A stretch of DNA of 64,000 nucleotides from a bacterium (GTDB taxonomy: Bacteria > Fidelibacterota > Fidelibacteria > Fidelibacterales > Fidelibacteraceae). A model generated the notes under the pieces. That model did not search any database. It had not been told where the DNA came from and saw only the letters and a list, made by a program, of their open reading frames with translations. Made by a program: the position numbers and the translations under genes. This document shows positions 37,939-47,591 of this stretch, piece after piece; position 1 is the stretch's first letter, and every line of letters begins with the position of its first letter. The DNA lies in NCBI GenBank assembly GCA_963676395.1, contig OY781066.1:1184001-1248000 (forward strand). Reading direction: 5' to 3'.

Positions 37939-39144
37939 TTAATTTTTTGTTTTTATAGACATAGTAATCATTGCCAAAAGAGCAATTATGCCAAAACATG
38001 TTCCAACGAGCACAGACCCATTAAAACCATCGCCGGGTACTAAGCTAAACAATAATAGCACTGCAGAAAACAAAATTCTTCCCAATAAGCTTTTGGTAGA
38101 ATAATATGTGGCCCTAAGAGTTGGCGATAACTTGTGAGTTGTGCCGGCGCGAACTATCGGATTGCTGATGGCTGATGGCAATCCGCGTAATATGAGCAAG
38201 AATATGATAATATAAGAATCTCTTATTGCCATGATAGAAATTGCAAGAGTTGAGATCAATGTTAGAACGATCAAAGCGCCCTTGGTTCCGAGATAATTTT
38301 GGATCTTTATAGATCGTTTAGCAAAGAAGGAGGCTATAATCATCGAAAGTGTAGTGTGAAACCCCAGGATCAAAGGGCTTGCTTCGGTGAGTTTAAAATT
38401 ATTAAAATTTCCCAGCATTGAATTGATATACACTTGATAAAGTTCGTAAGGAATATGATTTAATACAGTAAGTAAAACCGTAAAGACAAATAGATAACGA
38501 AGCATAGGATCGCGGAGTTTTTTAATGACTTTCTTAATCTGTAAAAAGGGTTTTTCAGGTGCTTCCTTTTGTGGATTTGCTTGATCAGGATCGACCATTA
38601 ATATTACCATACATAAAGATAGAAAAGCAAAGATCATAGATAAAGCATAGGCAATTTGAAATTCACTTAACCAAGCAAAGAAACCACCGACTATGGCTGC
38701 TAAGCCAATAGATAATAATCCGTTTGAGGAAAGTCGCGCTTCCCTTTCTCCGTATTCTGAGCCTTTACCAATGGCAGAAAGTAGTCCATAATGAAGTGAA
38801 GTATCAGTCCCGGAGGCGAAGGAAAAACCGATCGCCAGGAAGAATTGTGCGATAGCGAACATGCTAAATGACCCACCAAGAAAGAATAAAAAATATGAGA
38901 TTGTCAAGCTTGTGCTTGAGATCAGAAGGGTTTTCTTCCTTCCAAAAAAATCAGAGAAATATCCCGAAGGCACTTCAAGTAAAAAGACAGAAGCATAATA
39001 AATAGCTTCTAAAAGAAAAACTTGTTTAAGGGTAACTACGCTCGAGAAATAAAGAACAAACAGTGGTGTCCAAAAATAAGCTCGTGTAAAGATTACATAC
39101 CAGGAATATGCTTTAAGAGATTGATTAATGGTTGTTTTATCCAG
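37939..39144 (-). CDS. MFS transporter
   Basis: LLEVPSGYFSDFFGRKK motif, SFASGTDTSL; frame stays open 57 codons upstream of the tracked GTG to a CTG codon. Confidence 0.85.
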   Translation of the reverse strand: MDKTTINQSLKAYSWYVIFTRAYFWTPLFVLYFSSVVTLKQVFLLEAIYYASVFLLEVPSGYFSDFFGRKKTLLISSTSLTISYFLFFLGGSFSMFAIAQFFLAIGFSFASGTDTSLHYGLLSAIGKGSEYGEREARLSSNGLLSIGLAAIVGGFFAWLSEFQIAYALSMIFAFLSLCMVILMVDPDQANPQKEAPEKPFLQIKKVIKKLRDPMLRYLFVFTVLLTVLNHIPYELYQVYINSMLGNFNNFKLTEASPLILGFHTTLSMIIASFFAKRSIKIQNYLGTKGALIVLTLISTLAISIMAIRDSYIIIFLLILRGLPSAISNPIVRAGTTHKLSPTLRATYYSTKSLLGRILFSAVLLLFSLVPGDGFNGSVLVGTCFGIIALLAMITMSIKTKN

Positions 39145-39159
39145 GTACTAACTCACAGG

Positions 39160-39345
39160 TTATTTTTTGTTGTTATTTCTGAAGCCTTCACTCAGTCGTC
39201 CAAGGGTTATAAATATAACCCCCAATACTATCAGAGAGATCCCTAACGCAATGTTGGCTGCTAAGATAAAGACAAAACCAACAGCCATAATAATAAATCC
39301 CATTCCGGCAAAAGGTCTGGGATCATCTTTTTTTTGATTGCTCAC
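39160..39345 (-). CDS. Small two-TM membrane protein
   Basis: RBS AAGGAG before GTG; two hydrophobic helices. Confidence 0.6.
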   Translation of the reverse strand: MSNQKKDDPRPFAGMGFIIMAVGFVFILAANIALGISLIVLGVIFITLGRLSEGFRNNNKK

Positions 39346-39489
39346 GATGTACTCCTTATATTTCTATTGCCAGAAATAATTATCATTAATTCCAAATCCT
39401 CAAAGATTTAATCTCTATCTCTCAAAAAAACCACCATAATTTTAATTAATAATTGTTGTTCTGTCTTTGGTTAAATTAATTAAAAATAA

Positions 39490-42108
39490 TTATGGCATAT
39501 AATCAAGGATGTTGTTCATGATATCATCCATTTTTGATGCGTTTTTACCTCCGGCTGTTGCCATGTGAGGTTTACCGCCACCGCCACCGCCAAGAGCTTT
39601 CCCCAATTCTCTAACGATATTTCCAGCCTTAAAACCTTCTTTTACAAGATCGTCGCTGATTACACATAATACTTGCGGAGTATCTTTGATTATTGTCCCA
39701 AAAACAACCAAACCACTTTTCATTTTTTCTCTAACTTTGTCTCCAAGTGTTTTTAGCTGATCCATGTTTTCAACTTCAATTTGGTTGACAAAGAGAGGTT
39801 TTTCTTTGTAGTTAACTTCATTGATGAGATATGCGTCAATATCAAGAGTAAGTAATTTTGATTTGAGCTCCTCGTTCTCTTTTTCAAGAATGCGGGCGCG
39901 TGATATCATTTCATTGACTTTTTCTGATATTTTGTCCTCGGATAGCTTGAGGTCGTCTTTTAATGTTATCACAAGCTCTTGCTGTTCCTTTAGATATTTC
40001 AATGCAGTAGAACCGGTGATTGCTTCTATACGTCGTACACCGGACGCGACTGACGTTTCGTTAATAATAATAAATAAACCAATATCGCCGGAACGTTTGA
40101 CATGAGTACCGCCACAAAGCTCTTTAGATACATTACCTATGTTGACAACGCGTACATTATCGCCATACTTTTCCCCAAATAATGCTTGAGCTCCAGAACT
40201 TATGGCTTCATCATAGCTCAGAAGTTCCGTTTCGACTTTGTAGTTTTGCATGATTAACGTATTGATATGCTCTTGAAGTTCCAGCTGTTGGCCGGCACTT
40301 ACTTTTTCGAAATGAGTGAAATCAAATCTTAAATATTCGGGACCTACAAAAGAACCTGCTTGATGCACATGATCACCTAACATGTTTCTTAGTTCAGAGT
40401 GAAGCAGGTGAGTTGCTGAGTGATTACGTGCAGTATCGCGTCGGAGGCTTTTTTGTACTTCAAGTTTTGCGGAAATAGATTTAGTACTACTGTCGACAGG
40501 AGAGCCTTCAACAATATGTACAATATCGTCGTTCATTTTTTTTGTATCAACAATAAGATGTTCAACGCCGCTATCAACATTGTCTTTTTGCAATGTCATT
40601 TTACCTTTGTCGCCAACCTGTCCTCCCGATTCGGCGTAGAAAGGAGTGTTTTCGAACACAAGATATGTAAGCTTATCGTCAATGGCATATTTAATCAGTT
40701 TGGTTTCCAATTCGTATGTTTCATAACCGGCAAATTCTGAGCTTTTATCTTTTTCCAGGATGATCCAATTCAACTCGTTGGAACTCTTCATGCTGAACTT
40801 TCCAGCCGCTCTAGCCCGTTCGCGTTGTGCTTTCATAAGATCGAGGAATTCTTCTTCGTTTACGTCTAATCCTTTTTCTTCTGCAAGAAGGCGAGTTAAG
40901 TCAACCGGAAAACCATAGGTATCATACAAACGAAAGACTTCTTCGGAATCCAAAACCTTTGAGCTGGATTTTTTTGCTTGTTTAGCTATCTTTTCGAAAA
41001 GCTCAAGTCCTTTGTCGAGAGTATTTCCGAAAGATTCTTCTTCGGATTTAATAATCCTTTGGATATGGTCGCGTTGCTTTGCAATTTCCGGATAGATATC
41101 ACCAAGTATGCGAACAACAGCGGGTACCAATCTGTAAAGAAAAGGTTCTTTTAGTCCAAGTTCACGACCAAAGCGGGCGGCACGTCTAAGAATGCGACGA
41201 AGAACATACGCGCGGCCTTCGTTGCCGGGTATGGCACCATCTGCAATGGATACCGATAACATACGTATATGGTCGGCAATCACGCGGTGGGGCATACCTT
41301 TGTCACCTTCTTCATAGGCAACGTTTGAAAGTGTTTCGATTTGTTCAATGATAGGAATGAATAAGTCTGTGTCGTAATTTGATTTCTTTCCATTCATTAC
41401 TGCGACAATGCGCTCAAATCCGGCACCGGTATCAATATGCTTTTCTTTTAGAGGATTTAAGTTTCCATCCTTATCGCGGTCGTATTGCATAAAAACCAAG
41501 TTCCATAATTCCATGTATTCCGGATTGTCTGCGTTAACCTGAGTCGGGTCTTGGTTCTCAATATCATTGCCTGAATAATAATGAATTTCAGAGCAAGGAC
41601 CGCAAGGGCCGATATCACCCATTGACCAGAAGTTATCTTCTGCACCGCATTTTAGCAAATGATCGGGCTCTAAGTCCGGGATGGTATTCCAGATTTCGTA
41701 AGCTTCATTATCCTCAGTATAAACGGAGGCATAAAGTCGTTTGGGGTCAAGTTTCCAAACTTTTGTAAATAATTCCCAGGCCCATTGAATCGCTTCTTTT
41801 TTATAGTAATCACCAAAACTCCAAGATCCAAGCATTTCAAAAAAAGTATGGTGGTAATGATCGCGTCCCACGGCTTCAAGATCGTTATGTTTTCCGCTGA
41901 CACGAATACATTTCTGTGAGTTAACTGCTCGTTTATAAGGAGCTTTTGTTTCGCCTAGGAAAAAAGGTTTAAACTGGTTCATCCCCGCATTGGTGAAAAG
42001 CAGGGTAGGGTCGTTTTGCGGTACCACCGGAGCAGAGGCGACGAATTTATGTTTAAGCTTTTGCTCAAAGTATTCAATGAATTGTTTTCTGATCGTTTTT
42101 GAGTCCAT
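39490..42108 (-). CDS. alaS: Alanine--tRNA ligase
   Basis: DPTLLFTNAGMNQFK, HHTFFEMLG, GPCGPCSEI, editing NHSATHLLH and ELCGGTH, GGGGGK; start at MDSK. Confidence 0.98.
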   Translation of the reverse strand: MDSKTIRKQFIEYFEQKLKHKFVASAPVVPQNDPTLLFTNAGMNQFKPFFLGETKAPYKRAVNSQKCIRVSGKHNDLEAVGRDHYHHTFFEMLGSWSFGDYYKKEAIQWAWELFTKVWKLDPKRLYASVYTEDNEAYEIWNTIPDLEPDHLLKCGAEDNFWSMGDIGPCGPCSEIHYYSGNDIENQDPTQVNADNPEYMELWNLVFMQYDRDKDGNLNPLKEKHIDTGAGFERIVAVMNGKKSNYDTDLFIPIIEQIETLSNVAYEEGDKGMPHRVIADHIRMLSVSIADGAIPGNEGRAYVLRRILRRAARFGRELGLKEPFLYRLVPAVVRILGDIYPEIAKQRDHIQRIIKSEEESFGNTLDKGLELFEKIAKQAKKSSSKVLDSEEVFRLYDTYGFPVDLTRLLAEEKGLDVNEEEFLDLMKAQRERARAAGKFSMKSSNELNWIILEKDKSSEFAGYETYELETKLIKYAIDDKLTYLVFENTPFYAESGGQVGDKGKMTLQKDNVDSGVEHLIVDTKKMNDDIVHIVEGSPVDSSTKSISAKLEVQKSLRRDTARNHSATHLLHSELRNMLGDHVHQAGSFVGPEYLRFDFTHFEKVSAGQQLELQEHINTLIMQNYKVETELLSYDEAISSGAQALFGEKYGDNVRVVNIGNVSKELCGGTHVKRSGDIGLFIIINETSVASGVRRIEAITGSTALKYLKEQQELVITLKDDLKLSEDKISEKVNEMISRARILEKENEELKSKLLTLDIDAYLINEVNYKEKPLFVNQIEVENMDQLKTLGDKVREKMKSGLVVFGTIIKDTPQVLCVISDDLVKEGFKAGNIVRELGKALGGGGGGKPHMATAGGKNASKMDDIMNNILDYMP

Positions 42109-42346
42109 TATTTTCCTTTTCTGTTCCAATTACATTTCGTTGACAAATGTAGTTAAAGAAATGATTAAATGCAATTAATTGCCTTTTATGAGTAGATAAC
42201 TTTTTACACTGGATAACATGGAAAGCGGGGGGATATGTTCTAACAGGATAACAAGATTTATATGATAAAGAGCTATACAAAATAGCATGAAACACTTAGT
42301 ATTGATAAATTATTATATCAAACTATCTCGTAATGATGTAGAAGTA

Positions 42347-42390
42347 AGAAATCCCGTCATGGATATGCTCCGACGGGATACGGGATTTCT
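42347..42390 (-). terminator. Hairpin/terminator after the ABC operon, with a duplicated arm
   Basis: AGAAATCCCGTC ... GACGGGAT ACGGGATTTCT. Confidence 0.5.
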
Positions 42391-42433
42391 TTGGATAAGG
42401 TTTAAACCGAGTTATTGTGTTGAGGCCCAAAAT

Positions 42434-43249
42434 CTATATGTCTTTAGCTCGTAGTTTATATATGTAGGATCCACCTGCAAAACAGATGGCAGCAAATAGG
42501 AGACCAAGAAGAAAATTAGGATTACCTGTAACGATAGAGAATTTGATTTCATCAATTTCGTCAAGACCCATTGATCCCACCATTTTACCCAAGCTGATAA
42601 AAACACTGGGCAATGTTATTTTGAATTTGAAAATAGCTTCAATGATTGCAAAAATTCCTTCAAGAAGTCCCAAGGTCGCCGTACCTAAAATAAGTGCATT
42701 GTTTTTAAATATGGCTGAAAAGAGAAAGCAAAGTGATCCAAAAACAACAACGACTTTTAAATATGTTAGCCATCCTAAAAAACAGCCCCATAGTGCGTGT
42801 CCTAGAAAAAAACCACCACTGGAAATTGCAATTACAATGCTCAATATCAAAGAAAAGATAATCCCAAGGCCAAGCAAAAGAACAGAACTGCCAAATAGGT
42901 GCATTAAATATTTTGCCCCGGTAACTTTCCAGAAAGATACAGGTTGTGAGCGAAAGAAAAGATCTGATCCCAACTGGCGTTCGCGGTTTAGACTGCTTTG
43001 TGTTATAAGCGCAACGAATGCCCAAAAGATTGTACCCAAACCAAACATCGTTCCATACATGCCAATGAGGTTGCCTTCTTTTGTGTTATCAGTACCATAC
43101 ATGATTATATCAGGTCTTTCGATGATCCAGGCAACTAACAATGCTATTATTGATAGAATCGTTAGGCCGGCAACGATCCATACAGGCCACCAATAGAGAT
43201 GTTTTCTTTTTTGATATTCTGAAATAAGTAGTGTTTTAAACTGTTTCAT
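42434..43249 (-). CDS. ABC-2 type permease
   Basis: About six TM helices; ERQLGSDLFFRSQPVS..K motif; start at MKQFK after RBS AGGAG. Confidence 0.8.
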   Translation of the reverse strand: MKQFKTLLISEYQKRKHLYWWPVWIVAGLTILSIIALLVAWIIERPDIIMYGTDNTKEGNLIGMYGTMFGLGTIFWAFVALITQSSLNRERQLGSDLFFRSQPVSFWKVTGAKYLMHLFGSSVLLLGLGIIFSLILSIVIAISSGGFFLGHALWGCFLGWLTYLKVVVVFGSLCFLFSAIFKNNALILGTATLGLLEGIFAIIEAIFKFKITLPSVFISLGKMVGSMGLDEIDEIKFSIVTGNPNFLLGLLFAAICFAGGSYIYKLRAKDI

Positions 43250-44084
43250 GGTTTTCTCCTTCTCGGCCAAGCATGGCAACGAAGATATCTGAAACAGAAG
43301 GAATAATGCCTTTGGCTTTTTTATTAACGATTCCTCTGACTTTCCCAAAACTTTTAACAATAGAGCGAGCTCCCATTTTTCGCAGCTCATTTTCTTTGTC
43401 TGAGGGTAGTTCAATAATCGACCATTCTTCTTTCAGTTTGTCCATGTCCTGATGAAGTACAATACTACCATTATCAATGAATATTACATCATGAAGAATA
43501 TTTTCTACTTCGGCTACCTGGTGAGTTGAAATAATTACTGTTTTGTTTTCATCGAAAAATTCACCAAGTAGAAGATCGTAAAATTCTTGTCTAAATACGA
43601 TATCCAAGCCAAGGGTTGGTTCATCAAGAAGCAGGACGTCGACATCTTTGGCGAGTGTAAGAAGTAAATAAAGTTTGGTTTTCATTCCCTTGGAAAGAGT
43701 TTTGACTTTTCGGTTACTGGGTAATTCGCTTTTCTCGAATAAATGTTCGGCTTTTTCTTTGTTGAAACTTGGGTTGATACCTGCAACGTATTCTAATGTT
43801 TCACGAACCGTTAAGCGTGGATCTAATCCACTTACATCCGGGATGAACGCAACCTTTTTATGTAATTCATAATTCCAGTCTTTTACATTTTTGTTGAAAA
43901 ATTCGATTTCTCCATCATAATTCAGGAAATCTAACATACATTTTAGCAGGGTAGATTTACCCGCGCCGTTTTTACCTAAAAGACCAACAATGCGCCCTTT
44001 GGGTATTTGCAGATTAATATCATCAAGCGCTTGTACCTGGCGGTAACGCTTGCTGAGTCCTTTGATGTTTATGATGTTATCCAT
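43236..44084 (-). CDS. ABC transporter ATP-binding protein (YtrB-like)
   Basis: GKNGAGKST, LSKGMK, LLLDEPT, ISTH. Confidence 0.93.
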   Translation of the reverse strand: MDNIINIKGLSKRYRQVQALDDINLQIPKGRIVGLLGKNGAGKSTLLKCMLDFLNYDGEIEFFNKNVKDWNYELHKKVAFIPDVSGLDPRLTVRETLEYVAGINPSFNKEKAEHLFEKSELPSNRKVKTLSKGMKTKLYLLLTLAKDVDVLLLDEPTLGLDIVFRQEFYDLLLGEFFDENKTVIISTHQVAEVENILHDVIFIDNGSIVLHQDMDKLKEEWSIIELPSDKENELRKMGARSIVKSFGKVRGIVNKKAKGIIPSVSDIFVAMLGREGENHETV

Positions 44085-44211
44085 TTATAATCCTAATTTT
44101 TTAATATGTGAATGATTTAGAGTGTAAAGGTCTTTGTGAGGGATTAAGGCCGGGGTTTTGGCGGTGTATTGATTGCTCGCTTCTCAAAACTCTACTTAAC
44201 CTTCATCCCTT

Positions 44212-44268
44212 TTATCCACGAATAGCACGAATGGATAGATGATGACGATAGTTGATAGTGGTTTTCAT
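44212..44268 (-). CDS. Putative 18-aa leader/micro-peptide MKTTINYRHHLSIRAIRG
   Basis: ATG..TAA with RBS GGAGAG just upstream, 19 nt after the GntR stop; followed by a long hairpin. Confidence 0.45.
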   Translation of the reverse strand: MKTTINYRHHLSIRAIRG

Positions 44269-44287
44269 TATTATGTCTCTCCGTTGA

Positions 44288-44656
44288 CTATTTAATAAAT
44301 TGTTTTTTGATCATTTTACACAGTTGATCTTCTGTTATGTTTAGCATTTTGGCCTGTTTGATCATGTCCGGGATGGTCACATCTTCAAATTCGATAACAG
44401 CGGATTCGGTTAAGACATCCTGTGCCGGATCGGTGACGAAGTAACCCCGTCCGCGCTGCTTTTCGAGTAAACCCTCATTAACAAGAAGCTGTGTGGCGTT
44501 TAAAATAGTCTGGGGGTTTAATCTATACTCAGCGGACAGCTGGCGCACGGAGGGGATAGCTTCTCCGCTTTTGAGCGCCCCGGACATGATCGATTCTCTA
44601 ATGAGATCGGCCAATTGGAGGTATATAGGTTTTGAACTGTTGAAGTTAATACTCAT
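44288..44656 (-). CDS. GntR family regulator, YtrA subfamily
   Basis: PIYLQL, IPSVRQLS....NPQT, RGRGYFV, short C-terminal domain; start at MSINF. Confidence 0.92.
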   Translation of the reverse strand: MSINFNSSKPIYLQLADLIRESIMSGALKSGEAIPSVRQLSAEYRLNPQTILNATQLLVNEGLLEKQRGRGYFVTDPAQDVLTESAVIEFEDVTIPDMIKQAKMLNITEDQLCKMIKKQFIK

Positions 44657-44692
44657 GTGTTCTCTTTCTGGTTTTATAACACTTCTATTCCA

Positions 44693-44714
44693 GTGTTCTA
44701 CATAAGTATAACAC
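44693..44714. promoter_or_regulatory. YtrA-type operator
   Basis: GTGTTCTACATAAGTATAACAC, imperfect palindrome (18/22) just upstream of the GntR gene. Confidence 0.65.
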
Positions 44715-45043
44715 CAATACACAAAACATGCAAGAAAAAAATAAAAACCACAGAATTATTTAGAAGTTCATTTATTGTATGGTTTTTGTAGGGGTTTTAT
44801 GTGAAAATAGAATTATATATTTAGGATTTAACGCTGTGCTTTGGGGATGATATTATAATTTTACTTATGCTTAGATGAACCGGGAATCACCCTCAATATA
44901 TTGTATATATACAAGAGTGCCACCACAATTCAAAATGTCTTACTCAAATGATATAGCTAATACTTAAAATATGCTTGCATTTCAGCGATTTATAGCTCAT
45001 ATTTCAAGGCTTTGTCTGAACAAAAGTGATAAAGGAGAACAAG

Positions 45044-45187
45044 GTGAAAGAAACATATAATCCCAGTAACAGAAAACGTAAGAATAAACACGGTTTTCGT
45101 AAACGCATGGAATCTGCTTCTGGGCGAGCAGTACTTGCACGCAGAAGAAAAAAAGGACGGAAACGTTTAACAGTTTCTGATGAATAA
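45044..45187 (+). CDS. rpmH: 50S ribosomal protein L34
   Basis: Not in ORF track; GTG start after [28 protein letters not shown]...[21 protein letters not shown]. Confidence 0.97.
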   Translation: MKETYNPSNRKRKNKHGFRKRMESASGRAVLARRRKKGRKRLTVSDE

Positions 45188-45512
45188 TTCTTCGCTGAAG
45201 AAATCTGAGATCTTAAGAGATAAACAAGAGATCTCGCGCTTATTTGACAATGGGGAATGGAACAAGGGACGCTTCGTTAATGTTGTAAAGTTATCTAATG
45301 ATAAACGAAAAGTTCTGTTCGCCACCGCGCGCCACTTTAAAGGCGCAGTCTTACGAAACAGAGGGAAACGCTACCTAAGAGAGTGCTATCGCAACAATAA
45401 GGAATGGTTTTCCTCTTTGTGTATATATGGATTAATTTTAAAAAAAATTCCTCGATATGAGCCCTTAAAAGCAATTGAGGAAGATCTGCAAAGACTACTT
45501 CAGGATGTTTAA
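45180..45512 (+). CDS. rnpA: Ribonuclease P protein component
   Basis: [24 protein letters not shown] (RNR motif); synteny. Confidence 0.9.
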   Translation: MNNSSLKKSEILRDKQEISRLFDNGEWNKGRFVNVVKLSNDKRKVLFATARHFKGAVLRNRGKRYLRECYRNNKEWFSSLCIYGLILKKIPRYEPLKAIEEDLQRLLQDV

Positions 45513-45732
45513 AAAAATATTTCTTGTTATGATCCGCTTTTATCAGCGAGCTATCTCGCCATATTTGGGGCGTTCCTGCAGATTTTATCCCACTTGCTCA
45601 CAGTATACCTATGAAGCAATTCAAGAATACGGTGCATTAAAAGGCTCCTGGCTTGGATTGAAAAGAATAATAAAGTGCCACCCTTTTCATCCGGGCGGCT
45701 ATGATCCGGTTCATAAACATGACCACCATTAA
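45505..45732 (+). CDS. yidD: Membrane protein insertion efficiency factor
   Basis: [30 protein letters not shown]. Confidence 0.95.
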   Translation: MFKKIFLVMIRFYQRAISPYLGRSCRFYPTCSQYTYEAIQEYGALKGSWLGLKRIIKCHPFHPGGYDPVHKHDHH

Positions 45733-45743
45733 AGGAGTTCATT

Positions 45744-47504
45744 TTGGATAAAAGAACAATTATGGCTTTTGTGGTAATTGGTATTATCATCATTTTAATG
45801 CCTTATTATCAGCAATGGCTTAATCCCACGGACCCCGCAGCTCAAGCAGCGGCAGATTCTATTGCTGTTGTACAGCCGATAGTTGAAGCACCCGCCCCAA
45901 CACCTCCCAAAGATTATCAACGACCACAAACTGATCTTCGTAGCCTATCGGGTGATTCGGATATAAAAGAAGTTGTCATTGCAAACGATAAGTACAATAT
46001 TGTATTGTCCAACCTCGGTGGAGGAACTATTCGTGAATACGAATTGGTGGAATACAAAGATCGTGATGGCGGTAATGTTCGTCTGCTTGCTCCCGATGCT
46101 GGAGCAAACTTGAATGTGGAATATACAAATCTTTATCAGGATCCTTCAAGCCTTGAGTATGTTGCTTTTGATTGCCCTCGTTTGGAGAATTACGATGATG
46201 GCGATACACTTTGGATTGATAGCGAAACCATATTAAGCTTTGCAATTCAAACACAGGACGGCATTAAAGTAGAGAAAACATTTACGTTTTATCCGGAGCG
46301 TTATGATTTTGTACTTGATGTTGCATTGCAGGATTACCTGCAAAAAATGGCGGGTTTGCGTTATGCATTAAAATGGGAAAATGGCTTTGCCGTGACCGAA
46401 AAAGATGCTGCTGATGATATTATGTATAGTGGTGTATATGCTTTAATGGGTGAAGAGCTTGTTAAAATCGAAGGTCGCCGTGCTAAGAACGGAGAAGGAA
46501 CTGTTCAAAATACAGATGGTCGTACAAATTGGCTTGCATTCAAATCTAAATATTTTACGGGTTTTATAGCGCCTGTCGGTAAACAAGGCATCCGCTCTGA
46601 GCTTGCAATGAGCAAAGATAAGACCTCTAGAGATTTCGATCTGGCTTTGGATATGGGACTTTCAAAAGCAGGTTATCAAGTTGATACATATACTATTGGT
46701 GTTGTACCTGCAGAAAAAAAATTACTGGATTCATATGGCATTGGCTTAGATAAAACATTGAACCGTGGTGGAGCCCTTATTCGTCCATTTGCAGTAGGTC
46801 TACACTGGTTAATGAAATTCCTTTATGGTCTTATTCCTAATTATGGTGTTGTTATCCTCCTGATGTCCATCATCATTAAGATCGTTACTTTTCCGTTAAC
46901 GCAAAAGTCATACTCTTCAATGAAACGCATGCAACTTGTTCAACCTAAGATCAAGGAATTGCAGGAAAAGTATAAAAATAACCAACAAGTACTTCAACAG
47001 AAGACTATGGAGTTATATAAAGAAGAAAAGGTCAACCCCATGGGGGGGTGTCTGCCGATGTTACTTCAATTGCCTTTATTGTATGGTTTGTTTATTGTTT
47101 TTCGTACAGCTATTGAATTTCGCGGAGCTCCATTCATGCTATGGATGCAGGATCTATCGGCACCTGATTCATTGTTCTCTTTCGGAACCAGTATCCCATT
47201 GTTGGGAACAGAGTTTAATATTTTACCAATCTTGATGACAGTATTAATGGTTGTTCAACAAAAAATGACAGGCACTGCCGGAGGAACAGGACAGCAAGCA
47301 CAACAACAAAAGATGATGCAGTGGATGATGCCTGCTATGATGTTCTTTTTGTTCTATCGCTTCCCCTCAGGTTTGGTTTTATACTATCTAACCTTTAATG
47401 CTTTGACTATCCTTCAACAAAAATTCCTTATTAATACTAAGGTGGAAAAGGATTTTGCGGCAACACATCCCGGACCGGTTGTAAAGGCAAAGAAAAAGAA
47501 ATAA
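45744..47504 (+). CDS. yidC: Membrane protein insertase
   Basis: NYGVVI, QPKIKELQEKYK, NPMGGCLP, FPSGLVLY; TTG start after AAGGAG. Confidence 0.97.
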   Translation: MDKRTIMAFVVIGIIIILMPYYQQWLNPTDPAAQAAADSIAVVQPIVEAPAPTPPKDYQRPQTDLRSLSGDSDIKEVVIANDKYNIVLSNLGGGTIREYELVEYKDRDGGNVRLLAPDAGANLNVEYTNLYQDPSSLEYVAFDCPRLENYDDGDTLWIDSETILSFAIQTQDGIKVEKTFTFYPERYDFVLDVALQDYLQKMAGLRYALKWENGFAVTEKDAADDIMYSGVYALMGEELVKIEGRRAKNGEGTVQNTDGRTNWLAFKSKYFTGFIAPVGKQGIRSELAMSKDKTSRDFDLALDMGLSKAGYQVDTYTIGVVPAEKKLLDSYGIGLDKTLNRGGALIRPFAVGLHWLMKFLYGLIPNYGVVILLMSIIIKIVTFPLTQKSYSSMKRMQLVQPKIKELQEKYKNNQQVLQQKTMELYKEEKVNPMGGCLPMLLQLPLLYGLFIVFRTAIEFRGAPFMLWMQDLSAPDSLFSFGTSIPLLGTEFNILPILMTVLMVVQQKMTGTAGGTGQQAQQQKMMQWMMPAMMFFLFYRFPSGLVLYYLTFNALTILQQKFLINTKVEKDFAATHPGPVVKAKKKK

Positions 47505-47528
47505 ACGATAAATATTATTATGACATAG

Positions 47529-47561
47529 AAAAAGCCTCGGGTATTGATCCGAGGCTTTATT
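47529..47561. terminator. Bidirectional terminator
   Basis: AAAGCCTCGG...CCGAGGCTTT between convergent genes. Confidence 0.8.
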
Positions 47562-47591
47562 TATTTAGGTATTGAAAGGTCGCGACCTTAT

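Noticed and set aside
42486..43196. 236-aa plus-strand ORF
   Set aside because: Antisense shadow of the hydrophobic ABC permease; no RBS or recognisable motif
44723..45043. Expected oriC or dnaA promoter next to rpmH
   Set aside because: AT-rich, but I found no consensus DnaA boxes; only a plausible TTGCAT-17-CATATT promoter for rpmH
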